Below the pieces are notes generated by a model. It made no database searches and was not told where the DNA came from. It worked only from the letters and a program-made list of their open reading frames with translations. A stretch of DNA of 64,000 nt, taken from NCBI GenBank assembly GCA_965285935.1, contig OZ260665.1, forward strand, positions 26,226,001 through 26,290,000, read 5' to 3'. Positions 47,610-63,029 of the stretch are shown in pieces. The translations under genes and the position numbers were made by a program. Each line of letters opens with the position of its first letter. The stretch's first letter is position 1. The DNA is from Ophelia neglecta (lineage: Eukaryota).

Positions 47610-50600
47610 TGCAGACATGAAAGAGATATGTCTCAAGATGTGACACATTGTGAGTGACACTGACTGATTGACTGGTGAGATTGTAATATTTAACTGTGGG
47701 TCGCCACTATATCCATACAAAAACTAGTATATGACTTCTTACCAAATAATCCAGGGTTAGTAGATAGACGAGGAACAAAAAGGGGCCCAAGAACAGATGC
47801 ATGTGGTACATCCAATCGTAATTCCACGTTTGAAGAGACGCATCGTAAATCTTAAGTGCGTCCCGTCAATTTTGAATAAAACAATAGAATGGCACTCCTG
47901 CAACACAAAACAGAGACTGAATTTGTGAGAGCAGCCCCGATTGTTTGATGGTATCAAGGTCGCCTTCAATTCCTCAAAATGCCCTCCTGTACTGTTGCTT
48001 AAGCGTTGCCTGATTTATGTGACGACTGCATGGTCTTATGATGACCATGAATTTGATTTGTCTCAGGTATCCATTAAGGCGAAAAGCGGCCATTCTCTGA
48101 AGACGTTTTGCGAGGTTCTTAGTTGATATTTCTCAGGAATTTGGGGGTCAATGATGGATCTATTCAATAAAAGAGTAAAAATATCAGGCTTCGTAACTGA
48201 AGGCATTATTCAATCAGATATATAAGTGACCTTAATATAAGTAATCTCGGGAATGAGCACTCACATATGCAGTCTTTCGATGATATGAAAAAAGTTGATT
48301 GGTTGTAAAAAATGACGCCGTTTTTTTTATATAAATATATGGGAACATAGACACACAGATTATGTAGATATTATGATGTTTACGGTATTACACAGGAGAG
48401 CCCGAATACAGAATGGTTGTAATGCTCGGCCATAACATCGTTCCTATCACTGTAAATCAAGTTTTCAACAATATTTTAATGCTTTTCGCTACATTTCCTT
48501 CGACCTATGAAATTACGGCTTGGTGGAATTCAATAACCTAGATTTTCTCCCCGGCAGGGTTTTCACAGGAACTTTTGATGTACTTTATGAGAAGCCAGGT
48601 ACTATACAAATGAGTTTTCGTCGTTGAAAGGGCACTCCAATCATTGAGAATAACAAGCCCTACATAGTGTTTTTGTTGTTAATGGGGATGCCAGTCGGCC
48701 CCATTTGCCTTTGGTTATAATTGCACTGGGTATGTTTTACCCATTATGTTAACATTCTATTCCTTGTTCGATCAAAAAATAAGGGAGCATTCGCTCGCAC
48801 ATGCCAGCACTGTTCAGTCCAGTTCCATTGCAAATACTTAGTAGAGAGACTAATGAGCATAACATGTAATGTCTAGTACGGTTTTTACATCTAGATTTAG
48901 GAAAGGGTCAGGATAGAAAAATACGGTAGTTGAGAACCGGTCTTTGTGGTATTCTAAAATCGGAAAACCAGGCCATGCAACTATACTTAATATTGAATTA
49001 TGTACATGCTCTCTCTATAATTATATAAAGTCCCAGTGGCTCAACTGTTGCATCATAATGTGTTATATGTTCACAACAGCCTTCATTGGGCGTTAAATAT
49101 GACTTTGGTTACCCATTCGCCCATGTCATGATGCATTAGGGCAATATTACACGTCTGATTGGAACTGTCAAAACATTAACCAATTCCAGTTATGCAATAC
49201 CCGCAACAGAATTTCCCCAGAGGCAAACCAAAGGAGGGGTGTTGTTGATTAACAATTTAGCGAACGCAGCACGATGCAAAAACATAACTATTGAAAACAC
49301 ACAGAACCGACATTCTAATGATCAGACTGGTCCATACACTTCCCTTAGCCTGTGAGGGAAAACACAGCTGTGACTTCACAGAGTGCTGTCTTTTTATACT
49401 CTGAGCAGACGGAATAATGAAGTTACTCACTCAGTGAATTGGTTTCTTTTGAAATATTATCTCCGTCCCATGTAATTTACAACGAGATTGCCTCTGTGCA
49501 GAGACTAGGCATGACACTAAATTTGACTTTTTAGCTGGCATTTGTTATTCTTAACATGGGTTTCTTTTTCGGAGACTCCTAAGAGTCTCCCTTGTGGCAA
49601 TAAACGCCAAAGAACTATAGTTTCTGCAGTGTAACAGCAATAGAAGTTTCGCTTAACCAGCCACGTACATCATATTACCTCTACTGACTAGCATCCGTTA
49701 TTAGTTTTGGGATGTTTTCGTTTGATACAAATCCTTCACTAATATAGATTCACTATATACACAAGCTAAAGCTACCATCAGTATGTCTATGTCACCATAA
49801 AAGCTTTTTCCCGTGTACTCTCCGATACACCTGCTTCATATCTTCTCGTAGCCACATTAATTTCCGATTGGTAGACTCGAGCTAGTGAGTTCCCAATCTG
49901 AACATCATGGATAATGCCAGACACGTTGTCGGCATTTGTAGTGGACAATAGGTGGTGGTCAGCATTTCTGAGCTTTTAATCAAGGCCAGAGGGGATCGTA
50001 CGTGATTTGTGATTATTGTAATATCTAAAATGATTCATGAAATATAATACTGAAAATAACTATTATTGAATGAAAGAGATTATACAATATTGTATCAATT
50101 CTAACGAGTTATGAATGGTTAATTTGTGCAATGTATTCCGGTAGACCAAGGGCATAAGGTCGATTGCCCTTAGAACTAACAAAGAGAAATCTTTGGAAAG
50201 ATATGTGCCATTCATGTTGTTTTCATTCCAGCGAGTAGTTCACCTCTCTTGGTCTACCAGAGTACATTGCCACGCTGTTTTATTGCTTCATACATGGTGG
50301 TGCAGTCCACATGCCTTTTGGTTCTAATCTGTCCAAGTAGTCCAGTATTGAAACAAATAAACAGAGAATATATGAGGGCCAAAAAACGCTCCTTGTGGCA
50401 AAGCCTCTCTCATGGGTAGCCATGAGAAATATTAAGACATTCACAGTCTGTAATAGAATGAGATGAGATGGGTAACGAAGTAAATCAAATAATATTTTTG
50501 GCTGATCATGTGGACAGAATCTTTCAAAAGAAAAATCTCGTGGATCAAAATTGGAAACAAAATGTTGGTTTGCAAATTGTGAAAACAATAATTTGTTTCT

Positions 50601-53600
50601 GCTGCAGTTAAAAATGAGGATCGTTTTGTATGAAAAAACTTACCAAATAAATTAAGTAGGTTTGAAAGTGGTCTTTTACCCATCCCCTTCTCGGTGACAA
50701 CCCCCCCCCCCCCCACCTTCCTCTGTCATAAGAAATATATATTCAACACGTCAGCATCATTAAGTCAATGAAGGTGCCTAAGGAATACAATTTGGATTGG
50801 CGATGACCATGTGTATTTGGAATATGTCACATGTTTTCCATGTAATCTACACATGACTTGACCTTCCCTAACCTATGTCAAGGGGCTTTCTAAAAATCAG
50901 TGCGACAGAGTTAAGGTCTAAGTTTAGACATTTTATTCAGTTGGATTCCCTCGAGGTTTTTATTTGACAATATTGTTTGTCGACTTTATCTTCCTGCCAT
51001 CCTGTCTACATGCACTCTTACACGTGGCCTTGATTTCGTAGTGACTCGTATCTTTAACCGTTTATCCGAACAATTTAGCCTAATGCAATCTTCAAACCAC
51101 AACTCAGTATTAACATTTTTAGCTAAATACCATTTATGAGTAGTGTCATCATCTTGATTCTACGATGGACATAGTTTGCTTCTTTGCAATAACCCCCCCC
51201 CCCCCCCATGTTTGATTGCAGAAAGTACTAACTAACTAACTACGATTATATTTCAAAATTAAATAAACTATATGGCGTATTTTATATTGGACGAGTCAGG
51301 TTTGATATGCACATGATTTTCTAAACTGAGGAATAAATGTTATATCCTGAAACGTTTCAAGTAAATTATACATATTGAACTTGTACACGAGTGTGGAACA
51401 GCCTATAAAGCATAATATTGCATAGAAAACGGACTTAAGATGCAGATATCAGGGTATCGCTTCGGTTGGCTGCGATAAAAACATTTAGTTGTTGCTATTC
51501 CACATGTATTCTACTCATTCGATGCTGGGTATAATTGCATGCTCTTCGTACCAGCCTGTAATTTTCAACTCAGCCACAGTTGCCACCTCAGGTCGGAAAC
51601 ACCACTCACTGTGGTTGTGTCTACTCTAAGTAAGTCATGCATGTTATTCCAAATGATACTTTGTAATCAGCGTATTAATACTCACCTGATGGCTACAATA
51701 ATCCTGTGCACGGCACTTTGCAAACACGACCACCCTTAAAGTAGTGTTTTTAGCTTAACCTCCTCACATACGACTATCTAGGTGTATTCCGTGATGGCGC
51801 AACGCCGGCGTCTATAGGGACACTATTAGGAGATAGCTTATATAGGCGGTGCGCCCCTCACTGCCGCCTACCGAAAAGAAAAATAAAGAACAACATTGGA
51901 AAAGCCCTATTTTTAAGTACACCCCTCATGTGTGTCGTTGCACATTATGCGTGTTGAATCATTCAACAGTTTTCAGAAAACTGTGATATTCAATTTCACC
52001 TGAACGACATCCTCTTTACCTCCAAGGCAGATACTGGAGGTTTTCCAGACGGATGCAAGACAGCCGTAGCACTTAGGCGGCGTCAATTAGAATAAAACCA
52101 ACGTGTTTATCTTTCCCAGTTGGAAATAATGTGGAGCCCTGTAAGTTGATCGGTTATGATATTAACTAGGCAGGCTCCCATCTTGGGTTACTAATATGAG
52201 CCTAGTGCACATTTACATTTGTATTCTTATTTCGGAAAGAAAAACTATATTTGATAATCGAGCACCACATGACAATAGTTCCAATGTCACTGTGACATCT
52301 TTATCATATATTATAGCAGGCAATGCCGATACATGATGAGGTAAAGTGATGGAAAATAGCTTTTTATAAAAATCAATGCACAAATTGTTGGTTGTTTCTT
52401 TGCCGCGTCAACTTTCAGATTCACGATGAGACGAACACCTCAGAGCAATTCAGCACTAATCAATATGGTTGGTTTCTTGAAAAAATGGCTTTCGGGTGTT
52501 CACTTTGTATAGTCATGCAAAAGAAAGAAAAGGAAAACAAAAAGTGACTTTCTCCTGGGATACACTGTGAAAATTTGTCTTGGAAATTCGTTCTTGTCTG
52601 GCTAGAGAAGGGATGATTGATTTTTTGTCGAAGCAATTTCGTAACAAACCAAGCGTCAAAAGTGCTCCGTTTTAAATAGCAGGTAGAGGATGAAAACAGA
52701 TAATATTTCCAGACAGTCTGACTAGCAACCAGGAATTCCTAAATTGAGAGCCATTTACGCCGAAATTAAAATTGATGATTTGTTTTCATAATGTCCCCAT
52801 ATGGTAGACAGTGCATACTCTTGGTTAAAGCGCGTATACTAGTGCAAGTTGATCAGCTCCTCATGGTCTAAAGGAGGTTACATAACTAACATTTTAACCA
52901 TACATTAAATCATGAATGTATCCTGCAATGGCATGATTACTCCCTTTTCCAACAATCATAGTGGACTTCGGAGCAAATCTTTCCAAAACCAGTGAAATAT
53001 GACCACTGTCTATGTTTCATTTCAAATCAACAGACAAAGGACATTGTAAACCATATAGGGTGTACTCTAATAGGACTTGGTACAGATTCCGATCCAGGGA
53101 CCGTTATCGAATCTGATTGCTTTATTGACACAGTCTATCTAAGTCGTCAACCCTAGCTAGCTAGACAATGTGCTTGGCCTAGACTTCTCTACTACCTAAT
53201 ATTTTGAATCTTTGTATCTTACTACTGACAATCTAATATGCGGTCATATTGATCTGTATTAATTTCGTATGTTAAATGAGAGTATAAAAAATAAGCAATA
53301 GTCGACATACAAGTTGGAGTTGAATCTAGGTCAGTAAACTAAATGCTAAATTTATTTGGTACGTGATATTGTCACATGCAGTAAGCATGGTTAACATTGG
53401 CAAACACTTTAATCTTATGACAATTGACAGTCTTCTTCGAGCTTCTTATTAACGACAGAACAATTTCACTGAACAGTGAGCCCTTCTGTGCCTTTAAATC
53501 AATTATATGTGGTCATTACACGCCACCTGTGGGCTTAAGTTGCGACTATCTTCTTTATGTTTCCCAAGTTAACAATAACATTGTCATGTGTAACGTCCCA

Positions 53601-56600
53601 TAATATTCTTTAGACGATGCCATATGATGGAATAAATTTGTCGGCAAGTGAAGTGAATGGTGATTATTGTCCTAGATTTACGGAGTCGTTCCGCACTGGA
53701 ATTACGGCCATTTTCCATAGACAGCACTTAAGTTGTGGAATTCTGCAATTGATGTACACTTTATTAATTATTACAAATTCTCGGGAAATCTCTGCATTTT
53801 AGTAAGGACACGGGAAAGTATTAGAAAAGAAATTGGGAGTGGACAACCGATAGACAAAGAAAAATTAGTAATCAAAATAAAAAGTCCGTTAAATCGGAAT
53901 GAAATCATCAGAAACGAGCAATTACACCAATCCCCATCTCCCAAACAGTTCAAATTAGAAATAAAAGAATAAAAACATAAACTTAATATCTGTTACAATG
54001 AGAAGTAGTCAACAGTTTTGCATGATGGCGAGTCAGGACACAATAAAAGAGTCGGTGGTCTACGTAGAATAAAGAGGAACTATTTCCTTTGCGAGTCTAT
54101 TGTCGTCTAAGCTCTCTCAACATTTAGATGCCATAGATAAAATTTTCTTAATAAGCGCAAGACAAGAGAAAGGAAGTAAAAGTTCCTTCAGACGAAGGGT
54201 ATCAAATCTCCTCGAGCATGAACTGAGATGTTAAATTTGATAAGTAAACAAGCCACACTTTTATTATGACTCAACACTTGAATCTCAACATACGATATTA
54301 TGTCGGTATGAATCAGATGCGGATGGCCCCTACCCATAAGATGAGCGATTACATAGATATTGCATAGTGGTATGTGGTAACCTCAACATTCTATGGAGGC
54401 TTGTCTGTTGCTTACATTTATTAAGCCGAGTCAGTTTTTTCAGCCGCAACTTTAAACCAGCATGGAGAAATGTCGTATACAGAGTCAGGCCGGTATTTAG
54501 TTAGACCGCGATATTCAAGATGATGTTGTAGGACCTAACCGTTTTTTTTATATATATTAAATTTCACACCTGAGTCAGAAAAGACTGAAGGGCAATAACT
54601 TTCACAATATTCCTTATTAGCTTGTGAACCTCTAGTTAGCGATGCTGACAGATCTTTGGTAGTGAATTTTTAGTCCCTGCTATGAACCAGTGTTTATATG
54701 GGCTCTTTTGCATTTTTGATGATATCAGATTTTTTTCCTCACACTCTTGTAGCTGAGAATTGATATGTGAGGGCCTATCGCTGAATTTTTTCATGCATTT
54801 GGAACTATTAATTCGATAGAGCCTTACTGCTGCTAGCGGATCGTCTGCAGACTCGAATCCGTTTAGTTATGTTGTCTTGGTCAAACATTTCGGTGTTTAA
54901 TATCATTTTGGGAAAGAAATGACTCATTTTAACGTGATTGTGCAATTCGCTTTATAGTAAATGGGTGCGCTAGCGACTTAATAAAGGTCTTTGAAAGATG
55001 TTTGTATGTTTTATAACTTCTTATAAAACCAAGTTATAATGCTGGACCAATGTTTACTACTGTTTCCAAATTAAGCTTTTTTTAACTCGTCCCTCCACGA
55101 GACATAGGTAATTTCATAACAGTTGAAAAAACGATCATATGTTGACACTAGTCACTTTGGTCTAGCCACTAGTTTAACTGGGGAATGTGAAGGCTTTCAA
55201 CAGAATTTTCCAGTATTCGTGCCATTTGACACTTGTTGCTAATGCTCACTCTTCTTTCTCTAAAATGAAGCATTGTCTATTTTTTTCAAATAGGAGGGAG
55301 GCATCTATTTTATTGCTCTAAATGCCCCCGATGCGACGAGTGTGAAAGCACTGAGTGTAATGAATTTGGTGAAATGCCCTAAGGTCAGCCCAATCACTGA
55401 GACAAATGGTAGGAAAATGTAAAAGCACTTTGCTCAAAGTACTCTATAGATCATTTTTGTTCAATCAGACAGAACATCTTTCCCACTGTGTATACTCACC
55501 AAGCCTACAAGGATAAAACATCATCAATACCTGACAGGCGCTCAGAATTGTATTTTTCAGCGGAATGCAATCCTCCAACGGAAGACCACAAGGCATCCCA
55601 GCATGTTTTATTTCAATCATCCTTATTTTCCGCAGGGAAGGCAAGGGATCTGTTTGGTGGGGTCATATAATCTTCTCTACAACAAACTTGTATGCACAAA
55701 TTAAGGCCAGTCCAACTAAAGGGAGACGAATGCTTCATAGATATAAATGACTGTGATTTCTATTAATCCTCATGAGCCTAGTCGTCTAAAGGCATGTCGG
55801 GTGAATCCAGCTGAAAAATGCTACCTTAACAGCCGACACACTAAATGTCAGAGGAATTATCTCGTCAGAATAGCACACATTTTGTCATGTTGTATTGCTG
55901 CAGCAGATATACACAGGAATAGTTTCCCCGGTATTCCACAAACGAGTCAGTGATCAATATAGGACGGATATGAAAAGTGTGCTAGAAGAATTTGAAACAG
56001 AGGAGACGTATTTAAAGAACACCAGGAATCTACAGATAACTGTAGGCTTTATTAGCCACCAAGGAGGATAATACATGTTTGCTTCAATTGCTACAGCTGG
56101 GTCACCGTAGACCCAAACTGGGAGTTGGGGATTTGCTTGTCCATTTGAGATGCATCCTGAGCACTGTTTCGTAGTATTTGAAAAAAATTCCATCCTTGCC
56201 CATGCAGTCATAATATTCTTTTGTATGGCTTTAACAATACTCGGGAGTAAAGACGAGTCAATTTCGTTAAGAAAGACATCTTGTTTGGGGGTGGGATGGT
56301 GAGGGTGCTTAAAGAAACCCCGACATTCCCTGGCTAATCACATTTCAAAGTCATTTTTGTAATTCGTAAATGTCCAGCAATATAAGTCAGAGTTCAACAC
56401 ACCAGGGCGCTGTGTTTATTGATAAAATTGGATCACAATGATTGAACACACACATGTAAACATATACCACAGGTTTTAGGGTATACGTCCCAAATGATGC
56501 TGAAAGGAAAACGTTGCTTCCCGGGAACGGAAGATTTACTATATGTAAAATAACATTTGCCTCATATTCTTACAAGGCCATTCCACATGCTATAAACATA

Positions 56601-57590
56601 AGCAAGTGAGATCCAGGCAACCGCTTTACGACCGATACATCGGACATTTATGACTTCCTACTCTATTCAGTATTCTCGCTTTGTTATGATTTTCCTGTTG
56701 AATTCAGTGGAATCAATACCCACCACTCTCTCTACGACTAGGAACCTCCTGTTGGCCTTGTGCAAAGTTTGGAGCAACTGTTGCCTTTCGTCGATCGATG
56801 AGAAATAAACTCTGGTCTTTTTTCACAGTAATTTTATTGCATCCAAATAATGGCACCAATTATCAGAGATTATATAATTGGCAAAACAAAACATTAGGGG
56901 ATACCGGCAGGACAAAACAAAACGTTACTCAAGATCTCCATCTCTATTAATTCGGTCCCAATTCATCAGATACCAGCAGCCGCAGCATGCATTAATGTAA
57001 TCTCAGTATCATTACTTTCGTGGGTGGAAAAATAACATAAATTGTCATCTGGGGTTCCATATGATAATAACTAGTGGGAGTGCACGGCTGTTTCAACAAA
57101 ACATTGATGCGACGAAAATAATTCAATCTAAAGTGACACTCTCGTCGTTGATTGCCTGCTATGTGAAAACACTGAGCCATACATAAAGCCGTGATGGTAA
57201 CAAATAAATAATTTTACGAAGGTGCAATAATTCGTTATCTGAAGAAAGGTCAACATGACATTATTTTTTGTTCTTGAGTCGTATCGTCCTTAAATTTCTT
57301 TACAATCTGTCAGCTTGGACGTGATCCCACTTGTTATTGAATATAATGCGGGTGGTCTTGGAAACAAACCAATAAGGAGCATAGTGCTTCAAAGAGGTTC
57401 AAGTATCGGGATTAATCACTGAGTGGCAGATTTTCCCTTCAAAAACATGCTCTGTGAAACGTTTGGCAAACTGTGTTGAACAAAACATAAAAACAAACAT
57501 CAGGATTAGACGGCATGCCGCCTGTCTGTGATATTAATCTTACACCCCCCAAAAAACGGAGCCAACTGAAGCTTAAATGAGAACATTGCA

Positions 57591-57817
57591 CTGGCTTTGT
57601 GTTTACGGCGAAAGCGAAAGCTTCGGCGAAAGCCGCATGGCTTGTTAAATTGAGCTAATATGACCACAATAATAACCCTACCCTTACCCATTTATATCAA
57701 AAACAAAATTGAGATGTCTGGATTAGGGTTGGGTTTTAAAATAACTGATATTTCAGATTATTGTTTCACCAATGCTGCTTTCGCCTAAGCTTTCGCTTTC
57801 GCCGTTAACACAAAGCC
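57591..57817. mobile_element. MITE with ~45-50-bp terminal inverted repeats
   Basis: Left arm ggctttgtgtttacggcgaaagcgaaagcttcggcgaaagccgcat matches the reverse complement of the right arm ggctttgtgttaacggcgaaagcgaaagcttaggcgaaagcagcat. Internal taaccctacccttaccc and tagggttggg tracts. Flanked by cattgca at 57584-57590 and 57818-57824. Confidence 0.8.
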
Positions 57818-60800
57818 CATTGCATCCAAGTGACCGGCACCAATGTAAGAAGGAGTAATTCGAAATTCATACGGAGGAAGTAATCACTGGGTGCGAATCA
57901 GAAGGTAAGGAATCATTTACTTAAGGTGCTCTTTTTCTGCAATTCAATCTCATGGCATTATGTCCATCAATTGAACGATTAATATTGTAAATCATTCGTA
58001 AAACCCCTTTTAGTTTAAGAACAATATTATTTCTATCTCTAGAACCTGGTCCCATTTAGGGCAAGAAAGCCATAGACATTTTTCTTCCCTATGCTTTCAA
58101 TTCTTGCGCAAATCATTTCAAAGAATGTGTATGCCATTGTTTAATTTGTCTCCACCATTGCGTCGCTCGGGTATCTTCGAGATTTCCTCGAGCAACACTG
58201 AAGAGGCGACGTTTTTGTGTGAAAATTTCGTAAGCAATAACTGATTTCATGAGCATCGCCTTTCGTAAGTGACATTAAATCATATCATGAATAACCAGAC
58301 GGCCCCTCGGTTCAAACACGTGCTGGCATTAATTCATAAATTTGAAACTAATCATGAAAGCCCATGGCTTCCTAAGTCAGTAATTCAAACATTAATTAAA
58401 CACATTATTAATCCCAAGTGTCATTGTCAATATATATGACACAGACGACAGCTGTGCCTTCAGATCTGCTAGGGAACAACAATCCGAACAGACGAAATGA
58501 ACATGTTTTCCACTAAATGGCTTGTAATGTAATATTATCTCGGCATGAAGTGATTTACCAGAAGGTTCTGTGCATAGATTAAGCATTGATGCCTGTAAAA
58601 TTTCTAAGGTGCAAATTACTATAGTAAAAATTATCAGCCTGTTCCAAAATCTAACATTTTTAATGATGTCGGGCTACTAGACGAAACATATTCAAGTAGA
58701 CAAAAACATGCCTTCACCTTTCTTTGGTTCCTTAGAAATGGCACTTTGATCCCAATTTTCATTGGTCCACGTCTGATATTCAATGGCACGACACACCATT
58801 ACTTAAAATGGTTCTTCATTTTCCCTCTCACGTCCAGCAGTGTATGCGATACCTTGGCCAACAGTACTTCGACTACAGATCAACTTGGTCAGATATATCA
58901 AATTAAAAAGGATCAGCCGTAATCACTAGCTGACAGACGCTCAGACAGTGGCTTAGTCCTAATTCGAGATAACGGTAATTCCACTACAAAAGTGGAACCA
59001 GTATATTACATTTTCTGTCAATATTGAGTATTCCTACCATCACCCAGCACTCCCATCTGGAATCAGCGACCAATCGTTATTAAGGCTCATCATCTCATAT
59101 ATTTCTTAGTGTGAGAATAATGAAGCCTGTCTCACTAGAAATGACCATGGGATGGTCAAATCAAACCGGTAAATTTGAATTCAGTTTTTTTGCTGCAAAG
59201 CTATAGATAACAAATGTTCATCTCTTTAATATTGAGCATATATTTTATACTAAACTCGAAAACTTCAGTTTATCATTGATGATTCTTGAACCTATTTAAA
59301 ATAGCCCAAGTATATGTATTATACATTAACTTATTACTGGCTGTTGTAAGAATTTCAGGAATATTGCCGTCTGCACATTTCCCACCAAAATAGTTCTTGA
59401 CAGAATGATTGTTCCCTGGTATTTGTATATACCGGGTGCGCCAGAAATAATGCGAAGCTATACTGGGCCGGACACATAAATAACAGTTTACAGTACTTCC
59501 AGAACACACCTGATAGCAACCGTTTCAGACTGTACATATAATTGGTCCAGAAAGACATCCGACTGTTCATGGAGCCTTCGTACCATCAACGTTAAATCAC
59601 TAAATCCACCTTCTGTTTTGTCACATGGGCGCAGTCGACCGACAAACAAGAAAAATGACTGTCACTCTATTCACACTTATAGCCATTAGATAAAGGCCAA
59701 CTTTCAAATAGAATATTTCCACACCTTCCAAAATATGGCCAGATATATGTTGTGTGTGAATGTTATATTGCTTATGGTGACACATATCAAAGGGGCACTT
59801 CGCTAATGCATAATATGCAATCAGTGAGACCGGAAATTGCAAATTATCTAAGTTGGCCGTAAAGATATGCCTGGTTTATGGTCCGACCTAAACAATATAG
59901 AAATGTATATTTGTAAAATAAAATAAAAACGCTAATTCTTTTTGCTCAATTCAAATGTACGTATTAGTCATCTGGCTTCATATTAGATCGCTCCTGAGCC
60001 CTTGAAGCTGAAGATATGTTACCACCTAGAGTAAAATGTCTTAGCAGGAGAGTCAATCTTTGCTGCAATGTTCGATTAGACATGTATGTAGCGCATGGCT
60101 GGAGGTGACATGCATAAGCTATCGTAATTCACATAGAAACTTTAATGGATCGCCTAGGGGAATCCAAGGAAATTTTTGTTATCTTCACTCTTCTGATTCC
60201 ATGTAAATGGCGCAATGCCGAAATCTGTATCTGCCTAAAATAATATACTACGATGATTTTTCGACAGCCAAAAGACAAAAAAATATATAATTTCGATGCC
60301 TTCTACTGTTCAGCTGTGAGTTCTCTTTTTTTCGGTCTAACTGTTTTCCTCCACAAATACCAATAACATTAAAGCCACTGTCCTCTCCGGTTTTGAAGGT
60401 CTGAAGATACGTTAGCTTTAATACATATATAGATCATGCACAAAGGAGAATTCGTGCTATTTTCTTGCTAACGCTAAACACCAAAGTCACCAGCAATGTT
60501 CCTTTGTTTTGAATAACTAGTCCAACATTTATGGAAATAATATTGGGCAAGCCCATTTTTTTCTTTTCTATCCGGTTAATTCCACGACCAGCTTGCCGTA
60601 CATGATGTGTAATAGCCTGTATAGACAGTATCATACTGAACACGCCTAGACTCACGGCCCTACAGGTATCACATAGTAGACTCGTTGCCCGTTTTAATGA
60701 CGAATTACTATATTTTGCCGATTTAAGTTGAAATATATTTATTATTAATATTACAATTTGTGATAAGCGGTAAAGCCTTATAACTAAAGCAGAGTATGCA

Positions 60801-63029
60801 ATTGAGTCTGAAATGAAAGGCAAGTAAAGTTCTAGATAGGAGACAAGGCAGAATGTCTACGTTTTTAAAGCAGCTACGCTTTGATAAAGATGATACTGAC
60901 AGCAGCAAAGGAGAGACAAATAAGATATGTTCTATTGCATAATGTGTTGGTAATGTGCTAGGATGCGATAAAAGAAAAATAATTAGATAGCAGCATTCTG
61001 CAAAGAAAAATTGCTCAATGCAATTATCATCAGAAAAAAAGGCCTTAAGTTAAGAAGACATCTGGCATTTGATGGAAAGTAAAAAAAAACCGCAAAGACT
61101 GCCGTTACAAATGAATGCCGAAACCGGACTATTTCCTCTATGGCAGTCATTGCTTGGATTTCAGTATGACATTAATATCAAGGAAGCCCCATGAGCTGTT
61201 GGACACTTACTTGAGGGATACATAATTATAGTTTTAGCTCTTTGTTTCGACAACCAACGTTTTAAGGCATTCGGAAATGATCATAAAGCCTATATGCATT
61301 GTTCAGCGCTACATACAGTACTCAACCCAACACATGCACCCTTTGGCATGTTGCTTTCCTGAAGTATTAATCATCACATTGCAATAAACATCGGCCATGG
61401 GCGGACAGTCTCTTAGGCCCTCATGGGAATATTCCCTGCAGTGAAGGTCCCCATCTAGTTCAAGCTTTATTGTGTGACGACGGAACTTGGATATCAACAA
61501 TCGCGAATTATTGTCTGATGGCGAATGACAATCTCACCCCTCCCAAATTTTCAGGAGCGTTTAATGATGACAAGTTTTCAATAAAATGACTTTTTTTAGT
61601 TAAAAGATCCTGACAAATACAACTTAGGCGGAAGGGCTTGTGAATGCTGGTGGCATTCAATATCTTTCCCAACCCTACACGTCTGAAAATGAAAATAAAT
61701 GACCACAGTGCTAAATATCATGTACATATTGGTCTGTTATTTACGTCGAATCGGTTAGGAAATAACAATAATTAATTAACTCGAAAACGGTTTGAAAATC
61801 CACAGAGGCGGCTGTAAGACGATTAGTTTGAACCAGGTTGGAATAACCTATTCTGAGGCAGTGTGATGTATTTGCTCAATTTTGAACAAAGCATAAATGG
61901 CACTGACTCATAAGTGTTTTAAAATATTTTTAAGAAATAAAAGTTATTAATGTGTATAGCCTGTACATACACATTCATCATAACACCGCTAATACCTCAC
62001 ATTAATTCTGAAACCTAGAATGGTTTGTTCGTTTATTGTAGACCTGGAATGCAAATAACTGGACAGCACACCGCGCATGGCGGACACATTTTGTGACAAT
62101 AAAAGACCAACCAAAATCATTAATGTATCTTAACCATAAAGTATTTCAATAGAATACGTGAAGCACATCGGCCGAATTTAGATGACAGTGCTGAAAGCTG
62201 ACGTTAATATAGGCGGCATTGTAATTTCATTTTCCTAACACAGCACTTTCTACAAAAATGTGTTGAACATACGTACAGATTGTTCCATTAATAATGCACA
62301 GACATGTGGCAACCATGTACGCCAAAAAGCATTTACGCACACCGTTGTTTGGACGTCATTTTCTTAATCCCATTTATTTAAATACATGTTTCTCAAATAA
62401 CAATTAACTAAATATCTATTAATGGTAAATAATTTCAAGAGAAAGCAATGTTGCTTATTCGTACGCATTTACTATTATTAATTTTTTGATAGCGCCTGAT
62501 CCAAGTGCAATCCAATTTGCATCTAAATATTCAAGGGAACTATGTGGCCGATACACAAGGCATCATGTTAAACCAATCAATCAAACTGTGCATATCAGAA
62601 TTCCTTGACTCGACGTAAACCGGGCTCGTTAAGAGGTTACCGTGATTTTTCTTTAATCGTACTATATGTTTTCCCTAAATTCCATTTCGAAGTTGTGCAT
62701 GGTTGACATGCTTTAGAAATTGGGCCTTTAAGTTGTATTTCACTTTAGCTCATCATGGCACGACTCCTTTCCTAGGTTATCATTCCTCACTCTCACATAG
62801 TCGATCACTGGTCAATAAATATCAAGACTTTGTACAGGATACTATTACTTGCAGCTACGGCTTCACCAGTCCATTGAGAGCTGTGAACCAATGAAGCAAT
62901 TGGTCGAAAGAAGCATTTACAGTGTAATCCTGTCCACCTCCATCCAGCCTTACCTACATACTTCGGCAGCAATCTCCAGAAACACAGATGCACTTCCTTC
63001 AAAGACGCCTGCCACTTTAACATAGAATC

